Positions 18,166 to 22,642 of a stretch of 22,642 bases of DNA are shown piece after piece. Numbering within the stretch: position 1 is the first letter of the stretch; every line of letters starts with the position of its first letter. The translations under genes were made by a program, and so were the position numbers. Below the pieces are notes generated by a model. The model was not told the DNA's origin. It made no database searches and was given only the letters and a program-made list of their open reading frames with translations. Origin of the DNA: a bacterium (GTDB lineage: Bacteria > Sysuimicrobiota > Sysuimicrobiia > Sysuimicrobiales > Kaftiobacteriaceae); contig JBIOWP010000052.1 in assembly GCA_044868695.1 (NCBI GenBank), positions 1-22,642 of the forward strand, read 5' to 3'.

Positions 18166-18912
18166 ATGCGAAATCTGCGGAACATCAAGCTCACGATCGA
18201 GTACGATGGCACGCCCTTCTCGGGTTGGCAGCGGCTGAAGGGGCGGCCGTCGGTTCAGGCCGAACTGGAGCGGGCCATCCAGCGGGTCACGGGCCGGCGG
18301 ATCCCCGTCATCGGCGCAGGGCGCACCGATGCCGGAGTCCACGCGCTGGGACAGGTGGCGAACTTCAAAACAGACAGCCGGCTGGCAGCCGAGCGCATCC
18401 CCGCCGCGCTCAACGCGTATCTCCCCGAGACGGTGCGTGTCGTCGGCGCGGATGATGTCGGCGACGGCTTTCACGCACGGTACTCTGCCACGGGCCGCAC
18501 CTACCGCTACGCCGTGCTCAACCGGCCGGCGCCGTCAGCCATCCTCAGGCACCATGCCTACCACGTGCCGGCAGCGCTCGACCTCGACGCGATAGCCGCC
18601 GCGCTGCCGGCGTTGCGCGGCACGCACCCGTTCACGGCGTTTCGCGCGGTGGGATCAGGCGAACGCACGACGGTCTGCACCCTGCGCACCGCTGACATGG
18701 CGCGGAGCATCGATATGGTCATCTTTACGTTCGAGGCGGATCGCTTTCTGCGGCATATGGTGCGGATGATCGTCGGGACGCTGCTGGCGGTAGGGAGGGG
18801 GAAACTCTCAGCTGCCTCCGTGGAGGAGATTCTCGGAGGAGAGGACAACCGGAAGGCCGGCCCCCGCGCACCCGCCCACGGACTGTATCTCGTGAGGGTC
18901 GGCTACGATTGA
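18166..18912 (+). CDS. truA: tRNA pseudouridine(38-40) synthase
   Basis: IEYDGTPFSGWQ, GAGRTDAGVHA, FHARYSA, FLRHMVR, APAHGLYL. Confidence 0.96.
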   Translation: MRNLRNIKLTIEYDGTPFSGWQRLKGRPSVQAELERAIQRVTGRRIPVIGAGRTDAGVHALGQVANFKTDSRLAAERIPAALNAYLPETVRVVGADDVGDGFHARYSATGRTYRYAVLNRPAPSAILRHHAYHVPAALDLDAIAAALPALRGTHPFTAFRAVGSGERTTVCTLRTADMARSIDMVIFTFEADRFLRHMVRMIVGTLLAVGRGKLSAASVEEILGGEDNRKAGPRAPAHGLYLVRVGYD

Positions 18913-18916
18913 TCTT

Positions 18917-18961
18917 GAGACCACGTAGACCTAGTAGACCAGGGAGACCTGGTAGACGTTA
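18917..18961. repeat. Five imperfect 9-nt tandem repeats upstream of the tRNA promoter
   Basis: GAGACCACG TAGACCTAG TAGACCAGG GAGACCTGG TAGACGTTA. Confidence 0.8.
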
Positions 18962-18965
18962 TAAT
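18960..18965 (+). promoter_or_regulatory. Putative -10 box of the tRNA promoter
   Basis: Perfect TATAAT ending 9 nt before the tRNA; no clean -35 (TAGACC at 18935-18940 gives a 19-nt spacer). Confidence 0.6.
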
Positions 18966-18974
18966 CTCTTGAGC

Positions 18975-19049
18975 GGGCCCGTAGCTCAAGGGTAGAGCAG
19001 CGCCCTCATAAGGCGTTGGTTCCAGGTTCGAGCCCTGGCGGGCCCACCA
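18975..19049 (+). tRNA. tRNA with CAT anticodon, probably tRNA-Ile2 (lysidine)
   Basis: Acceptor stem GGGCCCG/CGGGCCC plus ACCA; D arm GCTC/GAGC; anticodon arm GCGCC-CTCATAA-GGCGT (CAT 19007-19009); T arm CCAGG-TTCGAGC-CCTGG. Confidence 0.93.
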
Positions 19050-19063
19050 TTATTCATGCGGTA

Positions 19064-19882
19064 CTACTGAGGCGGGAGCACCGGTGTTATTCCCTGGGGG
19101 AGTCCTCGGCGCCAGCGATACGGGAACTGCGCCACCGTGCGGGGGCCCGGCGCTTCCCACACTAGGTGGAGGAGGTCCGCCAGGATTGCTTGCTGGACGT
19201 CGGTTTGTTCGGGTTCTCCGAGCGGCGTTCCCAGCGGGAACCGGACGTAGCCCGCGCGGGGGACACCACAACCCGTGGTGATGACCGGCATCGTCGTCAG
19301 GCTGGCGGTGGCGAATCCCGCTTCTTCGATGGCATTCTGCAGCAGTCCCACGGACCGCAGGCAGACCGGTCAACCGCCAGTGAGCAGGGCGACATCGACG
19401 CCCTCGGCCCGGAAGCGTTCCACGATCGCGGGAACGGCATGGGCCAGGAAGGTCCTCGGCTGAGGGATCCATCCCGACGCGCCGACATGGCTCGGCGCCG
19501 CCCGACCGATTATGCCCGCGGCTTCGAACGCCCGCAGGTGTTCGAGGGGAAACATGCAGTTCGGATCTCGGTCGGCGGAGGCGTGATCGTAGTGGTCGTG
19601 CGTGAACCGCAGCTCCCCGGCGGGGGTTTCCCGGGGGATGAAGCGGAGCGTCATATCACCCAGCCGGTCCTCCATGTCATAGGCCGGCTGCGTGCGCAGA
19701 TGTACGCCACCCGTGGTGATGAGGGCGACGGTGGCCTGCGCCATGGGGCGAGCCGGAGGCGTGAAGGCGACATGCTCGTTGCGTTCGAACGCGATCACGG
19801 GGCCGTGTGAGATGCGCCATCGGTCGTGATACGCGGCGTAGAGGCGTGCGGCGTCCTCGAGGATGTGGCGCTCGAATCGCAT
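19064..19882 (-). CDS. PrdB-like (glycine/betaine/D-proline reductase selenoprotein B family) selenoprotein, 272 aa, Sec at codon 171
   Basis: ORFs 19370-19912 and 19064-19351 share a frame and join through TGA 19372-19370: ...EGVDVALLTGG-U-PVCLRSVGLLQNAIEEAGF...; also VALITTGGVH, THDHYD, DPNCMFPL, VPRA, FPLGTPLG; SD AAGGGAG before ATG 19882. Confidence 0.88.
19337..19364 (-). promoter_or_regulatory. Putative bacterial SECIS hairpin
   Basis: Begins 5 nt after the UGA: CUGC-CU-GCGGUCC-GUG-GGACUGC-U-GCAG; 4-bp lower stem, 7-bp upper stem, G-first apical loop 18 nt from the UGA. Confidence 0.72.
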
Positions 19883-19908
19883 CGGGCGTGCTCCCTTCGG
19901 GAGAAGGC

Positions 19909-20208
19909 TCAAAAGAACCGTCGGGTGCGCCGGGCCACGTGGGATGTAGAGCGGTCGGCCACCACGATCATGCGGTTCCAGACCTCCGTGTCGAAGAACT
20001 GGTGAAACTCCCGCAACAGGCCAATCATGCCCTCCAGGCCGGTTACCAGCGGATCATATGGGTCGTCGCGCCGGCGCTCCTGGTCGAGTTCCGTCTCCAG
20101 AGACTGAATGTACTGCAGGAGGATCGTTTCGAAGCGTTCGAGCGTGTCGGTCATCTCCAAGATGGCCGCATCTTTCGGCCTCATGTTTCCCCGGGGCGCT
20201 TCGCTCAT
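19909..20208 (-). CDS. Hypothetical ~99-aa acidic, probably helical protein
   Basis: Fills the gap between permease and selenoprotein; ATG 20208 follows GGAGAGGG, alternative ATG 20226 overlaps the permease TGA; amphipathic pattern ILEMTDTLERFETILLQYIQSLETEL. Confidence 0.72.
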   Translation of the reverse strand: MSEAPRGNMRPKDAAILEMTDTLERFETILLQYIQSLETELDQERRRDDPYDPLVTGLEGMIGLLREFHQFFDTEVWNRMIVVADRSTSHVARRTRRFF

Positions 20209-20222
20209 GGCACCCTCTCCGC

Positions 20223-21119
20223 TCATCGAACGCCTCGCAGCCGGGGGTCGAGCGCGTCGCGGAGCGCGTCCCCCAGCAGGTTGATCCCGATCACGGCCGC
20301 CGTAATGGCCAGCCCGGGAAACGTGCCGACCCACCAGGCGGCGCGGATGAAGTTGCGCCCGTCGGAAAGCATCAATCCCCACTCCGAGGCGGGCGGCTTG
20401 ACGCCGATCCCCAAGAAGGAGAGTGAGGACCCGGCCAGGATGGCCAGGGCGACATTCAAGGTGAGGAGGACGATGTACGGCGCCATGATGTTGGGCAGAA
20501 TGTGGCGCACCAAGATGCGGAGATCCGGGCTTCCGAGCGCGCGCGCGGCGATCACGAAGTCGCGTTCCCTGATCTCGAGCACAGAACCGCGGACCACCCG
20601 AGCGATGGTGGGGATGCTGCCGATGCCTACGGCGATCATGAGATTGTACAGGCCCGACCCCAGAACGATGACCACCGCGAGGGCGAGCAGGACGCCCGGA
20701 AATGCCAGCAGGACGTCTACGAAGCGCATGGCGACGTCGTCCGCCCAGCCCCCCGCGTACCCGGCAACTGTTCCCAGCAGCAGCCCGACGCTCCCCCCGA
20801 TGGAGACGGCGATCAGCCCCACCTGCAGCGAGATGCGCCCGCCGTAGACGATACGGCTGAAGACGTCCCGTCCGAACTGATCGGTCCCCAGGATGTTCGC
20901 GCGCGAGGGGGGCGCTAGCGGCGGGCCGACGGCCATCTCATGGGGCGGGTAGGGCGCGATGGCCGGGGCAAACACGGCGCTAAAGATGACGGCGAGCAGC
21001 AGCGCCAACCCGGTGAGTCCCTGCGGCTTGCCGAGCACACGCCGGAGGATGTCGTGGCGGGGGAGCCTGAGCCGACGTCCCTCCACGGGCATGGCGATTC
21101 GTTCGGCGGCCTGGCTCAC
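20223..21119 (-). CDS. Peptide/nickel ABC transporter permease (DppC/OppC family)
   Basis: LGTDQFGRDVFSRIVYGGRISL, EAA-like loop ERDFVIAARALG, HILPN, EWGLML, NLLGDALRDALDPR. Confidence 0.95.
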   Translation of the reverse strand: MSQAAERIAMPVEGRRLRLPRHDILRRVLGKPQGLTGLALLLAVIFSAVFAPAIAPYPPHEMAVGPPLAPPSRANILGTDQFGRDVFSRIVYGGRISLQVGLIAVSIGGSVGLLLGTVAGYAGGWADDVAMRFVDVLLAFPGVLLALAVVIVLGSGLYNLMIAVGIGSIPTIARVVRGSVLEIRERDFVIAARALGSPDLRILVRHILPNIMAPYIVLLTLNVALAILAGSSLSFLGIGVKPPASEWGLMLSDGRNFIRAAWWVGTFPGLAITAAVIGINLLGDALRDALDPRLRGVR

Positions 21120-21125
21120 CGAGGG

Positions 21126-22073
21126 CTACCCATAACGGATCTCCGGGCTCAGCCAGGCGTAGGAGATGTCGACCAGGAGGTTTACGCCCACGTAGGTGAC
21201 CGCAAGCATCAGAACGATTCCCTGGACGAGCGGGAAGTCGTTGACTTCGATCCCCTCGATGATCATCGTACCCAGCCCAGGCCGGCCGAACACCGTCTCG
21301 ATGACGACCGTTCCGGCCAGCAGATTCCCAAACTGAAGCCCTACGACCGTGACTACAGGGATCAGCGCGTTGCGCAGGGCGTGCCGCGACACCACCGTCA
21401 TGCTGGTCAGTCCCTTGGCGCGCGCGGTGCGGATGTAATCCAGGTTGAGGATCTCGACGAGGGAGGACCTGGTGAGCCGGGCGATGACCGCCGCCGCGCG
21501 GACGCCGAGCGCGACCGCCGGCAGGACGAGCCCCCGCCACCCCGGCTCGTGGAGGATGGGGAGCCACGCCAGCAGGAACCCGAAGATCAGGATCAGCACG
21601 ATGCCCAGCCAGAAGGGGGGCATCGACAACCCGGCCACAGAGAAGGCCATCACGCCGGTATCCACCCAGCTGTCCCTGCGCAGGGCGGCCGTGACGCCCA
21701 GCACGATACCCAGCGCCACCGCGACGCCAAGCCCCGCGACCGCCAGTTTCACGGTGGCGGGCGCGTGTGTGCGGATCATGTCCCAGACGCCGCGGTTCGT
21801 TCGGAATGACTCGCCGAGGTCGCCCCGGAGCACCCGCAGGAGGAACCCGCTGTACTGCACGAGCAGCGGCCGGTCCAAGCCGAGCTGTTTCCGGATCCGC
21901 TGGTAGTTCTCCTCGGTCGCCTCCGGCCGCGGTCCAGATGGCACCGCGGATTGTTCGAGCATGATGAGCACGGGGTCCACGGGCGACAGATGCAGCATCA
22001 TGAACACCAGAAAGGTGACGCCGAGCACGACGGGGACGAGGGTGAGGAGCCGCCGCCTGATGTAGCCGAGCAT
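21126..22073 (-). CDS. Peptide/nickel ABC transporter permease (DppB/OppB family)
   Basis: MLGYIRRRLL, LGLDRPLLVQY, GDLGES, DYIRTARAKGL, HALRNALIP, ETVFGRPGLG; GGAGG SD before ATG 22073. Confidence 0.95.
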   Translation of the reverse strand: MLGYIRRRLLTLVPVVLGVTFLVFMMLHLSPVDPVLIMLEQSAVPSGPRPEATEENYQRIRKQLGLDRPLLVQYSGFLLRVLRGDLGESFRTNRGVWDMIRTHAPATVKLAVAGLGVAVALGIVLGVTAALRRDSWVDTGVMAFSVAGLSMPPFWLGIVLILIFGFLLAWLPILHEPGWRGLVLPAVALGVRAAAVIARLTRSSLVEILNLDYIRTARAKGLTSMTVVSRHALRNALIPVVTVVGLQFGNLLAGTVVIETVFGRPGLGTMIIEGIEVNDFPLVQGIVLMLAVTYVGVNLLVDISYAWLSPEIRYG

Positions 22074-22101
22074 CGCGCAGTGCCCTCCCCCCGAGATCAT
22101 C

Positions 22102-22128
22102 GGAGGGGCCCGGAGTCCGAACCCCTCC
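22102..22128 (-). other. 12-bp RNA hairpin between binding-protein and permease genes
   Basis: Minus strand GGAGGGGUUCGG-ACU-CCGGGCCCCUCC (two G-U pairs); no U tract. Confidence 0.65.
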
Positions 22129-22134
22129 CGACGA

Positions 22135-22641
22135 CTAGTTGCCCACCCGGCGGCAGTCTCCCTCCAGCCAGACTTCCCTCAGGTCGGAATACCCGTGGGG
22201 GGTCCAGCGGAAGCCGTGCACGCAGGCCAGCCCGATGGAGAAGTACGTGCGCTCATACGTGTAGATGGCGTTGGCCATATCGAGAAGCAGCTTCTGAACC
22301 TGTTGATACAAGTCCCGGCGCTGCGTGGCGTCGACCAGCTCCCGCCCGCGCTCCAGCAGAGCGTCCAGCTGCGGGTTCCGGATCCGCCCGCGGTTGCTCG
22401 CCCCCGCCTGCTCGATCCGGATAGAGTGGTAGGCGAAGAAGAGCGAATCCGGGTCGACCGTGGCCAGGCCCTGGCGCCCCAACTCATAGTCGCCGGACTC
22501 GTAGCGGGCGAACGCGGGCCCGCTCGCCAGCGCCTCCACGACCAGGTCGATCCCCACTTCCCGCAGCTGCGCCTGAGCGACCGTGGCCGCGGCCACCTGC
22601 TCGGCTTCCGTGCTGGTGACCAGCCGCACGCGGAGGGGGCG
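22135..22641 (-). CDS. ABC transporter substrate-binding protein, family 5 (DppA/OppA/NikA-like), C-terminal part (5' partial)
   Basis: AQAQLREVGIDL, DPDSLFFAYHS, NPQLDALLERGR, RRDLYQQVQKLL; frame stays open to the window edge. Confidence 0.9.
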   Translation of the reverse strand, partial: RPLRVRLVTSTEAEQVAAATVAQAQLREVGIDLVVEALASGPAFARYESGDYELGRQGLATVDPDSLFFAYHSIRIEQAGASNRGRIRNPQLDALLERGRELVDATQRRDLYQQVQKLLLDMANAIYTYERTYFSIGLACVHGFRWTPHGYSDLREVWLEGDCRRVGN

Positions 22642-22642
22642 G

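Noticed and set aside
18975..19049. tRNA-Sec or initiator tRNA next to the selenoprotein
   Set aside because: 75 nt with a CAT anticodon and short variable loop, so not selC; it also lacks initiator features
19370..19372. TGA as a true stop or pseudogene lesion giving two genes
   Set aside because: It falls exactly at the family's Sec position (UxxC), similarity continues in frame, and a SECIS-like hairpin follows
19050..22642. Integrative element or prophage at the tRNA
   Set aside because: No integrase, att repeat or obvious compositional shift within the window

Overview
High-GC bacterial window. Bases 1-18.9 kb (+ strand) hold the 3' end of tuf followed by the S10-spc-alpha ribosomal supercluster: rpsJ rplC rplD rplW rplB rpsS rplV rpsC rplP rpmC rpsQ rplN rplX rplE rpsZ rpsH rplF rplR rpsE rplO secY adk map infA rpmJ rpsM rpsK rpsD rpoA rplQ. 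Then come ecfA1-ecfA2-ecfT-truA and a CAT-anticodon tRNA (probably Ile2). rpmD (L30) is missing from its usual slot, and rplM-rpsI do not follow truA. Converging from the right (- strand) is a peptide/nickel-family ABC importer (partial binding protein, two permeases), a ~99-aa unknown protein and a PrdB-like gene. The ORF track splits this last gene in two at an in-frame UGA, which sits in a U-x-x-C motif and is followed by a SECIS-like hairpin. It is most likely an unannotated selenoprotein with no PrdA partner in the window. Other oddities are four intergenic AT-rich 7- or 9-nt tandem arrays (three arranged as inverted pairs, one pair enclosing a terminator) and an L5 with a ~107-aa pentapeptide-repeat N-terminal extension plus a possible internal start. 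All family calls come from recognising the translated sequences; no searches were run.
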